Assembly (NCBI GenBank): GCA_024137785.1
Contig: JAHRHZ010000062.1
Span: 30,225,755-30,289,754 of the forward strand
Reading direction: 5' to 3'
DNA from: Ginglymostoma cirratum
Lineage: Eukaryota
DNA length: 64,000 nucleotides
The notes beneath the pieces are model-generated. The model was not told the DNA's origin, searched no databases, and saw only the letters and a list, made by a program, of their open reading frames with translations. Each line of letters opens with the position of its first letter. The first letter of the stretch is position 1. Positions 36,845-51,415 of this stretch are shown here, piece by piece. Made by a program: the position numbers and the translations under genes.

Positions 36845-38690
36845 CAGGTCAATTAATGTCCTTCAGGCAAGGAAATCTGCCATCTTTACTATATCTGGCC
36901 TATACGAGACTCCAGACCCATAGGAGAGTGTTTGACTCTTCATTGCCCTCTGAAATGGCCTGACAAGCCACCGTGAAGTGGCTAGTGGCAAGTGTGAGGG
37001 ATTTAACAAGAGGGAAAAATCTTCTCTGCCTCATTCTTACCAATCTACCTGTTGCAGATGTACCTGCCCATGATAGGATCAGTAAAAGTGACCACCACAC
37101 TGTCCTTGTGGAGAGGTAGTTCTGTCCTGACACTAAAGATACCCTCCATTGTGTTGTGTGACATGACCATCATGTTAAATGGGACAGCCTTTGAACAGAT
37201 CTAGCAATTTGAAATGCAGCACTCAGGAGGTGCTGGGGGCCATCAACTACAGAATTGTACGCAAACACAACCTGTAACTTCATGGTCCAGCATATCTGCA
37301 CCCTATCATTAATGTCATGCTGGGAGATTGACCCTGGTTCAAAGAAGAATCAGGGAGGAACAGCACCAGGCATACCTAAAAATTAAAGGTTTCAAGCTAG
37401 TGAAGTTCTGTTATAGGACTTATATGCCAAACAATAGAAACAGCATATAATAACCAGGCCTAAGGAATTCCACAACACACAGAGCAGATGTAGATGGCTT
37501 CTAATCAACTCATTCTGGAGCAGGTGGGAACCTAGGTTTCCTAGCTCAGAAGGTGGGACACTACCACTGTGCAATGAGACACCCCTCAATAGATAAATGA
37601 TATACTTCAAGGTAAGACTTGAATCTGGGTCTTTGGACGCAGAAGTAGAGATGCAATTATTGTGTCATAACAGCTCTCCAACAGATCAGATATAAGCCCT
37701 CAAGTCCTACCACATCCATCTCTGATTATTAAACAATTAATAGGAAGAGGAAATTCTACAAATATTCCTATCCTCAAATGATGAGGAAGCCCAACACATT
37801 AGAGCATAAAACAAGGCGGAAGCGTTTGCATCCATCTTTATCCAGAACTGCTGAATGGATGATCCATCTTAGTCTCCACCTGATTTCCCCAGCATTCACA
37901 GATGCTCGTCTTTAATCAGTTCAATTAACTTCATATGAAATCAAGAAAGAGTTCAAGACTATGGGCCTTGACATCTTTCTGCCACTGCTACTGAAGACTT
38001 TGTATTCCAATTTTAGTTGTAACTTTAGCCAAGCTGTTCCAGACCAGCTGTAACACTGGCATCTATTCCACAATGCGAAACATTGACCAAGTACTTCCTG
38101 TGTATAAAAAGCAGGACAAATCCAACCCAACCAATAAATTTCTATTAGTCAACTCTTGCTCATCAGCAGGGACAAGTGTCGGTGCTATCAAGCAGCACTT
38201 ACTCAATAATAACCTGTTCACTTAGGTTTAGTGTGGGTACTGCTAGAGTTACTCAGCTCCTGAGCTCATTACAATATCAAAGGATGGACAAAAGAAAATT
38301 GAACCACTGTGAAGAAGTGGGAATTACAGCCCTGGCAATCAAGACAGCATTGTCCAAGTATGGTATCAAGGAGTACCAGCAACTTGAAATGAATGAAATC
38401 AGAGGAAAGATTCTCCTTAGTGGAGTCATACCTAGCACAAAGGAAGATGGTTTTAGTTGTTGGCAGCGAATTATTTCAGTCCCAAGACAGAAGTTCCTCA
38501 GAGTAGCATCCTAGGTCCAACCATCTTCAGCTACTTCAATGATATTCCTTACAAAATAAGGTCAGAAGTGGAGATATTCACTAATAATTGCACAATGTTC
38601 AGCAACATTCACAATTTCTCAGGTACTGGAAAAATCTATTGCAGCAGGACCTAGGAGTATCCAGACTTGAGCCGAATAAATAAAATAAAC
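36845..38690 (+). mobile_element. Decayed CR1-group LINE (endonuclease end to RT), preceded by a SINE-like body and interrupted by tRNA-like fragments at 37500-37680
   Basis: LILTNLP..SDHHTV (APE end, about 37030-37110), ALAIKTALSKYGIK (compare LDIKAAFD.VWH) and VPQSSILGPTIFS (RT). Confidence 0.8.
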
Positions 38691-40730
38691 ATTAATTATA
38701 ACCAGGCTGGAAATGCTCAATACTGGCAAATGTTTCAAATAAAATTAGTGAAAGCTTTTCCCTCCATAGTATTGGCATCCTTCATCTTGAAGAGAGTCAG
38801 CTACACATCAGGAGAGAAATAAACAATCATCAAAAGAATATATCTGCTTTCACAATCAGGTAGCCATTTCTGGCTGACTATAACAAACTGGTGAGGGCAG
38901 AGTCATGTCACTAAGCCTAGTTTCCAACAGACGACAAGATGTGTGGCACAGGACTTCATGAAGGCAAAAAGTGCATGTAAAATATTCTATTCTGTTGCTA
39001 GGAGTCTCAAACGGAAATGGTAAATATACCTTTAAAAGTAAAATCCATGAATTTCAGCCATCCCTGAATTCAGCCACCATCGAAAAATACAGGGTTATAA
39101 CTTAGCAATGTATTCTCTAGATTTACATCATCTATAGAAAAGTCTAAAAAATACACTTTAAAGCTACTGAACTGCTTCCTTCTAATTTATGGGGTAAAGA
39201 AGTTGATCATTATCATGCATAAACTGGAATGATCTTGTCTTAATTTCTAAAGGTCAGCTCCATTTTCTTTGCTTTTCTAAATTAACTGAATGTATTCAGC
39301 TGCTACTCATAAGGGATGAGCTAATATATTCTGCATTGAATTATGCAGCTGATGTACAAATACAATACCCACAAACTTTCCAATATTGTACATACAGTAA
39401 CTGTGGATACATCATGCTCTCTTATTTACATTCCATTTGCAACCATTAAAAGCTTCCATTTGCAACCATTAAAAATACATGATTGTATCTGCAATTCAGT
39501 AATTATTACAGAGATATCTTTCATAGGATGTAATTGCAAGATCTATTCAGTTTGTCAGTATCACAGCTAGACAGTGTAACTAGATACATTAACTGTAAAT
39601 TTTATGTGATTTAAGTGGATATTAATTTTTAAAGGGTCATGAAACTAAAACCCTCTCTAGAAACTTTATGATAAGGACCACATACAAAAATAATCATAAC
39701 CATCACATAAACACATACCCATAGAAAGTCCTATAAGGACTAATTACTATATTGTTTATTACCATTGTTATCATGCATATGGTACAGTCTGATAACAGCT
39801 TTCATATGATAACCACAAGTTTAGAACAAAGGAAAGTTGAAAGTGATAGGAAGAAATGCAGAGTTCCATTTTCATTTGATGATGTTAACACCAAATCTAA
39901 AGTTTTGGTTAGCATTGTTATCATGGTCTTCCAGTAATTGCTGCCCAGTATGAAATTGTACCATGAGCTGCTTTCAAGAGAGGAATTATCATTTTGCAAT
40001 TTCACACTTCAGACTAACAGGAGTCAAGTTTATTGAATTTGAAGGTCAGAGATGACAATTCGTTATTTGGACTTTTTCATATGTCAAAGATTTGAACACC
40101 TATCCGTCGAATTGCAATAGAATACATATATTAGATTTAGCTTTCGACTTTGGTTTTCAACTTTAAAGCTTCCATTTTTGTGACCTTATGCTTGAATGTC
40201 TCAAAACTTTGCAGCATTTGATCACCTCTGCTGATAAGTATTTATCTACCTAACTAATAGTCTGTCCCTTCTATGTCCATTACAAAAATGCATGCACATT
40301 TATCAAGGCAAGGAATATGGAATGAAATATCCCATACAGATTGTCTGACAATATACAACAGCTGCAGTCAGATGCCTTTTCTAAATCTCTACCATTTATG
40401 CTTGCTACTGACCTTACAGCAAATTATCTAATCCACGACGCCAAATCAGAGAGCCACCTTGGACTGTGAAATTGATTAAGATAAGATTAAGATTGAACTC
40501 CCACTGTGGTGTGGGCTTAGCCTCTAGCAGCTTATTTTTACCTGATGCGGAAACGCTTATGTTAACTTCCATAAGACTAAATGTGGATAAGATGGTATCA
40601 AAAGGTTCAACAAACATTTATTACAATTCCTGATATATGTATTAATAATATGGGCTAATATTAGGTTAATTAATGACAAACAGTAGCACACTTTTATCAA
40701 CATATCACGCTTCAAGCGGTCCCAGTTAAT

Positions 40731-41080
40731 TCATAGAACCCCTACAGTGTGGAAGCAGGCCATTCAGTCCATCAGGTCCACAGTGACTCTCCAACAAGCA
40801 CCCCACTGGGATCCAGCCTCTACCCTATCCTATCCTGTAACCTTGCATTTCCCATGGCTAACCCCCTTAGCCCACACATCCCTGGTCACTATGAGCAATT
40901 AAGCATGGCCAAGCCACTTAACCTGCACATCTTTGGACTGTTGGAGGAACCCAGAGCACCCAGCAGAAACTCATGCAGACACAGCGAGAATGTGCAAACA
41001 GTCACCCAAAGGTGGAATCAAACCCGGGTCCTTGGCACTGTGAGGTAGCAGTGCCAACCACTGAGCCACCATGCCACCCC
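40731..41080 (-). mobile_element. HE1-type tRNA-derived SINE
   Basis: Minus strand ggcatggtggctcagtggttggcactgctacctcacagtgccaaggacccgggtttgattcc; homologous to 5628-5970. Confidence 0.85.
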
Positions 41081-42814
41081 ACGATTAAGATGTAATCTGC
41101 AATCTCATGTCACAAACTAGGAAGCAGTGATGATATCGTGAGCATGATATACTGTATAATAAAGATATACCGTATAATAATTGTGAGACGAGTGACTCAA
41201 ACTTCATTCAGGCTTTCATGCTTGAATCTAAGAGTATTCACATTTTTCAACTATGGAGAATTGAAGAAATTTGATATTTCCATGTGCATTTCTTCGAGAT
41301 GGAATACAGCAATATTTTGAGGACATTTCATAATTTTGTTCTTTACAAAGTGGGCTTGCGTGAGCTGACGTATGAATTGGGCAATCTGAGCATTTCCAAA
41401 GGGGAACAGAATCATAAGGACATGTCCACTAAAGGAAAATGCCAAACCAAAGCCTTTTATTGTTTCAATAGCGAAACTTTGTAAAACAAATCTGTCTTAA
41501 CATTAAGAGAAGCACTCTCAAGATATAATATTCTCAACAGATCGAGATAGTAGTGGAATAGTCAAACAGTGAGATCAGATATTCACTAAGCATACTCCAT
41601 GGCAGCATAAAATCTGGATAAATTGGATAGAGTTGAATCCTGCTAATTGGAACATCCTGATGAAAACACAATTACTCACATCAAGCAAAGCCGACCAGTA
41701 CAATTTAAAATACACTTAGAACCAATTGATGTTGGAGAAAATTCCCTCAATAAAAGGAACATTATTAACTGCAGCTCCATTCCCTGAAGATTTCAGAATG
41801 ATTAACCAGTTGTCTTTAAGCTTTTTGAAAGGTATTATGGTCAAATGGTGAGGTTGAATAAGTGAACCATCATACCAACTGCATATAGACGGAACAAATT
41901 CCAACATTCTTTGTTAAGTTTATCTTTTGTGATGCGTTCATAAGCACTGTACACAATGGCAGCCTATATCTTCAGTAATTCAATACACATAATAGCAATA
42001 ACACTATTAGGTGTTAAACATGAGAAAGTCTTATAGCTCACACTTTAGATGATGAGGGAAAGTGAAAGTTTTGCACATCTCATGTAGTGGAATTTGTAGA
42101 CGAAGACACCAAAATATTTAAAAAAAGTCATTGAAAACATAATTTATATCATAGGCAGTTCAACAGCATGGCATCACTTGAAGATTCTGACAAAAGTAAT
42201 CCTGATAACTAGAGAAAACATTAGAATATTTAAAGATAATTGCAAGGTCCATTTCTGTATCTAGGTCAGCAGCTGACAATTGGTTTCACACAAATGATCA
42301 GACATAAGTTTTGTGCCATTACTAATACTCTGCAGAAAACTTTACAATTTATATAATTCTAAAACAAATTTTGACTTTAATGGCAGCAGCTCTTTGGGGT
42401 TTTTGTGGCTAGAAGTATGCAGCTAACACTGTTCTTTCCTTAACTGGGTCCAAAGTTAATTTAAGAGTACAGGAACAGCAACTCATGAGTGTTAACAAGA
42501 AGGAGCTCTTACCTTAAACAAAATGTAATTTATTGCATGATAGAAATCAGCGACAAATTACTTTAAATAAGCGTTGGAGTTAAGACATCCATCTGTGGAT
42601 ACAAGTCTGCACTCCACAAGATCCTATGATGTTCTGCCTTATTCCTATCCAAGCTTGTATTACAACATAAGACCAGGTGGAGCTTAATGCAATCTACCAC
42701 CTTCACCCTTTTTAGAACTATTGCCTCTTACGTTGTTGCTTCAGTCATAATCATGTAAAGGAATGGGATGAAGGCAACATCATTGACAGGTTGTTATGGC
42801 CAACTAAATGATGC

Positions 42815-43685
42815 AGAAAACAAAGTAAAAAGAAGCAGGATTCGGCCATTTGGTCTTTTGAGCCTGCTCCACCATTCCATGTTATTGTGGTGTTTATCCA
42901 ATTCAGTACTCTGTTCCTTTTTTCTCCCCATACCCATTGATCAATTAAGCCCTAAGAACTGACATCTTCTTGAAACCATACAGTACCTTGGCCTCATCCA
43001 TCTTTCTATGGTAGAGAGTTCCACAGGTTCACCACTTTCTGGGTGAAATTTCTCCTTATATCAGTCCCAACCAACCTAAGCTCTGATCTTTAGACTGTGA
43101 CCCCTGGTTCTGGGCTCCCCAGTCATTGGGAACATCCTTCCTCTGTTTACCCTGTCTAGTCCTGTTGGGATTCTATAGGTGTCTATGAGATCGTGCTTTC
43201 TTCTAAACACTAGCGAATATAATCCTAACTGAGCCAGGGTCTCCTTATAAGGCAGGCCTGCCACCTTAAGAATCAGGCAGGCAAACTTTTGTTGCGTTCT
43301 TGCCATAGCCAGAACAACCTTCTTCATGTAAGGAGGTCAAAACTGTACACAATATTCCAAGTGCAGTCTCACCAAGAGCCTGCACAAATTGCAGAAAGAG
43401 ATCCCCGCTCCTGTACTCTTCTTGCTATGAAGGCCAACATACCATTTGCCTTCTTCACCATCTGCTGCACCTCGATGCTTACTCTCAGCAACTGATCTGC
43501 AAGGACACTCAGGTGTCATTGCACCTCCCTCTTTCTCAATCTATCACCATTCTGCCGTCCTGTTATTGCTGACAAAATGAATAACCTCACATTCATCTAC
43601 ATTATACAGCATCTGCCTTGTATTTGCCCATTCACTCAACTTGTCCAAATCACACTGAAGCATCTCTGCCTCCTCTTCACAGCAA
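42815..43685 (-). mobile_element. CR1 LINE 3' part
   Basis: LVRLHLEYCVQF and LPYKETLAQLGLYSL..DLIDTYRI..GLDRV..MFP..TRGHSLKI. Confidence 0.9.
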
Positions 43686-45125
43686 GAGAACAGTTGTTAA
43701 ATAGTAAGCACCTCATATTTACAGTCAACCTGAAAATCTAATAATGAAGAGTTCAAATAAGTTTGGTGTAGATGTTAACTATAATGTTCAATAAGACAGG
43801 AAAAGAGTTGGGCTGAATTATCTTAGCAAAAAAAAAGACAAGATGTCATACAAGATACTTCATATATGAGATACAGTAAGGTGTGATAGATGGATAAGAA
43901 CTGAATGCTAACTTTTACTAAAAAGTGCAGTGGATAAATGACAAGAGAGATAAAAGGAAATAGCGTAAAGGTTTGAACATAAGGTGAAAGAGAAGAAGAC
44001 GCATATAAAAAGTAAAATGATAGTGACGTTGGGAATTCACACTGCAGAATTTTCAGTCACTGAAAAGAAGAAGAGGGGAATTATAAGCAACTGAAAGAGT
44101 ATTTTGAGTGATTTGTGGGAACCTTCTTTTGCCAAGTTTGCAATCAGAGAGTGTTACTCTGTCACTAAAAGATAACAGTTATTAAGCTTCATATAGTGCG
44201 ATATCTTTAACATTGAGCTTTGTTGTTGCAGTAATGAAAAATGACTTTAGGATATGCTTCACATATCAAATTTAACATTGAATAGATAAATAAAAGTACA
44301 AATTTACACATTTACAGTAAAAGTTATATAATCCAGCTCCTTGAAGAAAAAAAAGGTTTAAATCATTAATGTAAAAACCTACACTATTAACTTAACATTT
44401 AACATACAGAAATGTTTATCATATATCTCTCATCACTGCACAAGCCACCCTAGCCAGTCTTGCTACATTTTTCAAATTGATTTTCCCTGATTTGAATAAT
44501 TCAACTTACACAGAACCCCAGGGCTAGTTAAATTTGAATAACTGACAAGTGAATGCAAAAGAGAAATGCTGGCACTTAAACACATAATGAGGAAATTAGC
44601 AAACATTGTTTGTGTTTTAACCAGCAATAGGACCCACAAAATCCCACTCACCACAACCTGCCAGGTTGACACACAAGAAGACTCCCAAACTTAGTCAAAT
44701 CTTGATCCAATACCACATCCCACTGTCACAAAATGCCCAGCATCTACCAGCTGGGAAGCTGGTGGGTGTGGGGGTGATGGTAAGGCAGTGGGGAGAAGAA
44801 GAGATTATGTCAAATTCTTCAGACCAGGAGAGGCACAAAGTTGGGCTATCATTTTGGGTGGAGGGCTTGCCACAACAGGCACAAGCCATCACAAGGAGTA
44901 TCTTCCCTTCCTTCCCACCTTTTGACCTGAGGCCATGAAAGATCAGACTGGCCTCCTTTGTTCCACCTTCTTCCACCCACTTTATTATGATGACAGAGAC
45001 AAACTGAGGCCTTAACAAGGCATTAAACAGGCCGAAGGCAGGTCTGCTGGGTTTTGCCTTAGCTGAACACTGCATTAAGGGCAGCAACTCAGAAGTGGAT
45101 GGAAAGGCAGTGAGCTAGACTTCTG

Positions 45126-45258
45126 AGATAACAAGGTGTAGAGCTGGATGAACACAGCAGGCCAAGCAGCATCCAAGGAGCAGGAAAGCTGACATTTTGG
45201 GTCTGACCCTTCTTCAGAAATCTGCTCCAGCATCGGCAGTTCCTACTATCTCTGAATC
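45126..45258. mobile_element. Minimal PLE-derived element (subfamily 1): inverted body plus 3' tail only
   Basis: Minus-strand body 45126-45220 with ctgaaga-agggtcagaccc-aaaatgtc, then plus-strand tail ctccagcatcggcagttcctactatctctg. Degenerate repeat gagctagacttctg (45112-45125) / gggctagccttctg (45259-45272). Confidence 0.8.
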
Positions 45259-48200
45259 GGGCTAGCCTTCTGGTCTATTTTACGTAACCCTCTCACCTGT
45301 AAATATACAAGATTCATAAAATTCTGTCACTGTCTCTTTCTTTTACACACATGGTGTTTACATCTCTAAAGAACTCCACCCATTTCAGATCTTCTGCTAT
45401 TTGGTCTGAAGTACACAAGGCATGTTTTAAGTATTCCACTACCAAAATTCAGGACAGTTGTTCTTTAAGATAAACAGTTGACTCTGTGAACCGACAATGT
45501 GTAAATGGAACCTGCCTCCATGCTGCTTCCCTCCAATGAGAAGATGATGGCTGCTGTGTTCAGGAGTAGGACTTCCAGTTTTGTGTCTTTGCTGCCTCTC
45601 CATCCATTTCTAAATGAAATTTTAGGCAATAGACTCTATCTGGATTCTGACTAAGCAGATTATAACTTGTAGCACTGAATGCCTTATGCATGCATGTAGA
45701 AACTGCTCAGCCTGGCCAGCCCAGCTTAATGAAAGGGATGTAGTAGGAATAGCTAAAAAGCGTGAGTATTTAGTCCATGACAAGACAACCAAGAAACTGC
45801 AGAGGACTTAATTTCCTTCTTTGATCCTGATAAAAGAAAGATCTTGTTATCCGTTTCTCATAGGTATAACCATGGATTCAATTCTAATTTACATAATTCT
45901 CAGACAGGTTCCAATAATTGTCAGAGCTGTATTCAATGTGATTTATAACCTCATGGTCCCTTCTCAAGAAGGCTTGTACTGTTGCTCATCATTTTTGACT
46001 GGCGAGTAGTTAAATTGACACTAAGTTGGTAATATTTGACATATTATGGGGTATAAATATGAATTATAAACTATATACAAGAATTGCACAACTTCATGGA
46101 GTTGAGAGTTCAGGTGATCCTTTCTTTCTTGCTAATACATAATAGAAATGCAAGAGCCCTGAGCTAACATTCACTACTTACAAGTCATGAAGAAGTCATT
46201 AAAATGCAACAAAACCTTTCTGGTTATGGCTTTGAGGAGTCATCAAGATGCAGTTGACCTTCCCACTGATTAATGGCTGTACTTCTCCACTTAATTAATC
46301 AGACTAGTTTCACAATACTTTTGCAGAATTTTTGGCTGCAAACTTAAAAATCAAGAAATGGGTATGAGAAGCTCAATTTTATCAAGATGGAATGTGGAGG
46401 AGTGACACTCCAACTGCATTGTCTGACAATGTCAGCAAAAGCAATTGGAAGAAAACATTTGAAACCCTAAGACCTAAATGCAAATCCCTTCTGCGCACAC
46501 AAGTTTTTCTTGCATGTGAGTTTGTATCTGAATACGTGAGTTTGTAGTCATGTGTATATCAGGTGTTGAATATTTTAAAAATCAGCTGTCTTTTGAAATT
46601 TCAAGAAAATGAACAATTTTTTGTCTTTGACATTATAGCAGTCAGGGGTTAAAACATTCTTTCATAATTTGTTGTTTTTGTTAAGAGGTGGAAAGAAAGG
46701 GGAACCGTCCCTATCATCACTCCCCTATCTGTAACACAATGCAAAGTTCACTGTTCAAGGCTCATTAAAGTTCACTTAATTCAAAGAGCAAGATCACAAC
46801 ATTCAAGAAAGGTTTGGAAGAGTCAATATGAATCATCTCTCCAAACCTGCAGTAATCCCGAGAGCATTTTGTTCTCCATCAGTTACAGAGAGTATTGCAC
46901 TCAAACTCAAGTAAAATTATTGTGTAACTCTCATCCTGTATTGGTAAGCACCTTAAAACAAATCCAAACAATTTTCCTTCAAAGAAGAGAAAATCCGTTC
47001 TCATCTAAGTGAAAAGCAGGGAGGTACCAGGCTATAAGGAGACAGCAGTGCAGTGGATTAGGTTTGAATATTCTAGCAAACTATCAACAGAGATGCAATG
47101 AGCCGAATTTTACCTCCTTTGTAATTCATCAGCAGTGCATTTATCATCTAGGACATTGCTCAGTAGGTTATCAGTTTTCATATAGTACTCTCTGACTTGC
47201 AAATCAATCTCTTAATGGGAATTCCCCCCTAAATCAGAAAATATATATTATTTAGGACTAGGTGTAATGAATACATAATTACCAGGAACCTACCATTTTG
47301 TATGCAGAGTCTCCAGTGCTATTATTCTGTGATTTCAAGTGGGAAACATATATAGGATTATGGATAGTGGAAGTAATAAGGTTCTAATTTATTTGGCTTC
47401 AGACAACATCATAAACTATAAGAGAAAAGCTTATGTGATTACAAAAGTCATTTGAACCCCAGGATTAAATTGCAGCCTATGCTCATCACCATCTGTAATT
47501 TTTTAATACATGTTACGGTCTCTGTAATATGGCAACAATACTAATGACAGTTAGATGTAGAGTTGAACTTAAATTGATTGAAGATTGAGTCTATTGCAAT
47601 GTCATCACTGCAGAATAATACTGTTGCATGATTCACAGGCAATTTAAGGAAATTACTTTACATTTATGGAACAATATTCAAGGAAAATTAAGAATATGGA
47701 TATAAAAATACCCTAATAAATTATGTGCTCACAGTATAATTTTGGGGATTGGATATTGATAGTTCTGTTTGAAATTTGCTGCATTGCAAAATTTTGCCCT
47801 GTGTTTCTTTATTTCAGATGGTCAATTAAGTTATTCTTGTGGACAGGTTTGTTTATGAAACACAGAAAATATTTATTGGATTCTAGTTCTAATTAAACAC
47901 GTCCTATACCATTCACTAGCTAAGGCACTCTGTATTCAAACTAGTAAGATAACAAGTTGACATCACTCTGAATTGGCAATGTAGCAAAGGAACACTCTCG
48001 TCAGGAGAAAATGGTCAAAAGGACATGGTTTAGGTCATTTAACTGAAGTGATGATAAAATTGACGTCAATATACCATGGTAGCACTGGAAAGAGATTCCA
48101 TGAAGGCAGCAATCACACAGTTTCAACTTAAAAATAAAGATTTGAAAACATTGTTTACAGAAGATAATGTGCACCGTAAAAGGCTTTCATTGTAGTATGT

Positions 48201-48654
48201 ACGCATCAAATAAAACCAGTAAAATTACAGTCTGCAGCATAATATAATAACTCATCTTCATTAAGATGCACAGAGGCCCAAACAATAGAAAGTAACTTTT
48301 CAAATGTCTGTCTGATCAGACATGTAGTCCAATACTTAACTACACAACATGACAAACTACAACTTTCCTGCGATAAATAAGGATCATAAACATAGTATTG
48401 TTCATCATCTATTGGAGTGGAAGTATTTTTAATTATTGTGTAATTTATGACTTTTTTTTGTTGAAGCAACATCTTAAAACTGGGTTCAATGTGCCAGATT
48501 TTCATGCCAGTGAATGAGTCAGTGTGCAGGGATGAGTCGGGGTGTGGGGATGAGATAGGGTTGAGGTTAGTGAGGGTGGAGCAGGAGTGAGCCAGAAAGC
48601 AGGGGTGCAAATGAGGGCCTTTAACAGCACTGGAGGAAAAGGAATATGAAGATA

Positions 48655-50100
48655 CTCCAACAACAACTTATTTTTATATAGCACCTGTAGTAATGAAATG
48701 TTCAAAGGTGCTTCACAGGCACATCATCAAGCAAAAAAGGACTCCTGTGCACAAAAGGAAATATTAGGGAGGTGCACAAAAGCTTGGCCAAAGTTAGGTT
48801 TCGGGAGTGTCTTTAAAGGAAGCCAGGTTGATCAGCAAAAAACAGTGAGGAGGAAATTTGAAAACTGGAGCTTGGGACACAATCGCTTGTGATGAAGCAA
48901 TTATAATTGGGAAAGCAACAAGAGACTAGAAACTGCGAAACATGAATATATCAGGGAGTGATTTGGTTAGGGATTTCAGAGATCGGGAAGAGTAGGACAC
49001 GGTCAGATTTGAAAATAATGATGAGAATTATAAGATTAGCACTGCTGCATGACCACGAGGGTCAGTGAACACAAGGGTGTGAGAGGGACAGAATTTGCTG
49101 TAAATTACAACGTGGATAGGAGGATTTGGATGTTTTAAGGTTTACAGAGTGTGGAATGTGACAGACTGGCAAATGATGCCAAAGGAAAGGAGAGGCTTGA
49201 CATAACAGAGGCATGAATAAGAGTTTTGACAGCAGGTGAGCCAAGATAGGGGCATGAGAAGCAATGTCGCAGAGTGGATATAAACCATTTTACAGAATGC
49301 ACAATTAGGAAGTTGGAAGATCATCTCAAGGCCAAATGTGACACCAAGGTCATGAGCAGTTTGGTTTAATCTCAGCCAGTTGACAGGGAGAGAGAATAAA
49401 ATCAGTAAATTGGGAATGTAGTTTGGATTGGCAAACGAAAACAATGACTTCAGTCTTCCCAATATTTAATTAGAGTTAAATTCTGCTAAATTCCAGTGCT
49501 GGATTTGAGATAACCAGTCTGATAATTTAGCAACTGTGGGCGAGTTGAGAGAAGTAATGGGAAGTTAGAATAGATGTACACCATCAGTGTACATGTGAAT
49601 ACTAACACTACACCTTTGGATGGTTTTGCTGAGAGGCACAATGGAGATGAGGAGCAAGACCAGGTCAAGGGTTGATCAATGGCAGAGACTGGAGATAACT
49701 ATGTAGAAGTAGGAAGAAAAGCCATTGCAAGTAATCCTCTAACTATGTGTTGGTAGATAAGAATGCAACCATGTGAAAGCTATACCTCCTAGTTGGATGA
49801 TGGAGGAGAGAAGCAGAAGGATTGTCTGGTCAATCATTTCAAGGGCTATTGACAAATAGAGAAGGGCAATGAAGAGAAGTTTACCTTTGTCATAGTCTTA
49901 CACAGGATGCCATTTATGATTCTGATAAGAGGCCTCCCACTATGGCAGGGATGGAAAACTAATGGGGGATTATGAAACAGAATTCCAGGAAAAATGGGAA
50001 GAGACAACATGTTAATGGACATGGGAGAGGAGAGGGAAGTTAAAGATGGAACAGCAGTTTGCAAGGATGGAGGAGTTGAGGGCTGTCACTTGTTTTATGT
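48655..50100 (-). mobile_element. L2-clade LINE, decayed
   Basis: aacaacttatttttatatagcacc..aaaggtgcttcacag resembles L2 3' ends; minus-strand NQTAHDLGVTF..F matches the RT C-terminal region. Confidence 0.7.
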
Positions 50101-51242
50101 TGAAATATTTCTTTCCTAGAACAGAATCTACGCCTATGAGGAGCAATGATAAGCCAAAATCAAAAGTAGATAAGCACTTGGCAAAGTTCCAAGTTTATAC
50201 TCTAACAGGTTCCTGGCAGATCATCAGTAAGAAGCCCCCACTGAACCATTTGTAATATATATGAAGTTTGGGATTCCAGAATAGGTGGAATCTTGCAATT
50301 TTCAATGGTATCTCATCATTCACCCATCTTGAGACCAGAAGGCCTGGGCAATTGTATTTTATGGACCTCTAAGCAAGAAGTTCAAAGTAATACCAATACT
50401 TCACAGTATTGAATGTAAACAAGAAAACTAGATGAAAAACCTTTTTTTCAGAAGCAGCGCTGACCAGACAGAACATTTCTGAAGCTGCACGCAAAGATCA
50501 GCACAGGACTTTTAACATACAGAGGTCAAGGCATTCCTGAGTCTGTTCGAAAGTCAATTTACATGCAAGTTGGAGCACAATGCAAGACAATATAAAACAA
50601 GTTTTCTTAGGGGTGGGAAATGTTTGTTGGATATTTAAAATTATACCCATGAATGATATCGAGTTCATAAGCACATACGCTTGTAAGTTGAACATTCACA
50701 ACTCAAAGACACCCTACAGTTAGGTTTTTGTTTTTGACCGGCACAGATTCAAAGGAATAAAAGATCTTTTTCTGTGCTGTGGACTTCTGTGACTCTATGA
50801 CTGAAAGAAATGTGCAGGAAATTTCACTCGTATTAATTTGTCAGTACTAACCTGCCTTGTACTACTTTCCTGAAGGTAGAATAAGGCTGGGCAATGCTAT
50901 CAGCCCACAGTTAACATAATTAAATGGGTACTTCAGGATCATTAACAGATGCTGACTGGAATTTTCCAATTGCCCTGCAGAATCCTAAGGTATGAGGAAC
51001 AGCCTGGAAGCTGCCTCCCAGCTGCAGACCTCCATGATAACAGATGACTGCTGAAGGCATTTAGAAATTTAATAGTTTAAAAAGTTAGAGAGAGGGAAAT
51101 GAAAGCACTTTCTCACACTTTTTTCTTACCGAACTGCAGTTTTCATCTCCTTCTGTGCTGGAGGACCCGTTAGTAATTTTTGAGCCTGGCGAGCCTGCCT
51201 GTTGTCTGTCATTGGGTAGCCGTGTCAGTCCTCTGCCATGAC

Positions 51243-51415
51243 AAAAACTGAAAGAACTGCAGATGCTGTAATTCAGAAACAAAAACAGAAATTGCTGGAA
51301 AAGTTCAGCAGGTCTTGCAGTATCTGTGGAGAGAAATTGGAGTTAACGTTTCAGGGCGAGTGACTCTTCCTCTGAACCTTCCTCTTAGCACCTTGGAGGG
51401 TTCTGAGGAAGAGTT
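51243..51415. mobile_element. PLE-derived element (subfamily 2) with short inverted hammerhead segment
   Basis: Minus-strand body with tail; actcttcctctgaacc (51363-51378) is inverted as ggttctgaggaagagt (about 51399-51414). Confidence 0.7.

Noticed and set aside
39431-39475. Tandem duplication of ttccatttgcaaccattaaaa
   Set aside because: Simple two-copy slippage duplication with no further structure.
48206-48610. 134-aa minus-strand ORF
   Set aside because: Non-ATG start, partly low-complexity, adjacent to an L2 end, and no recognisable domain.
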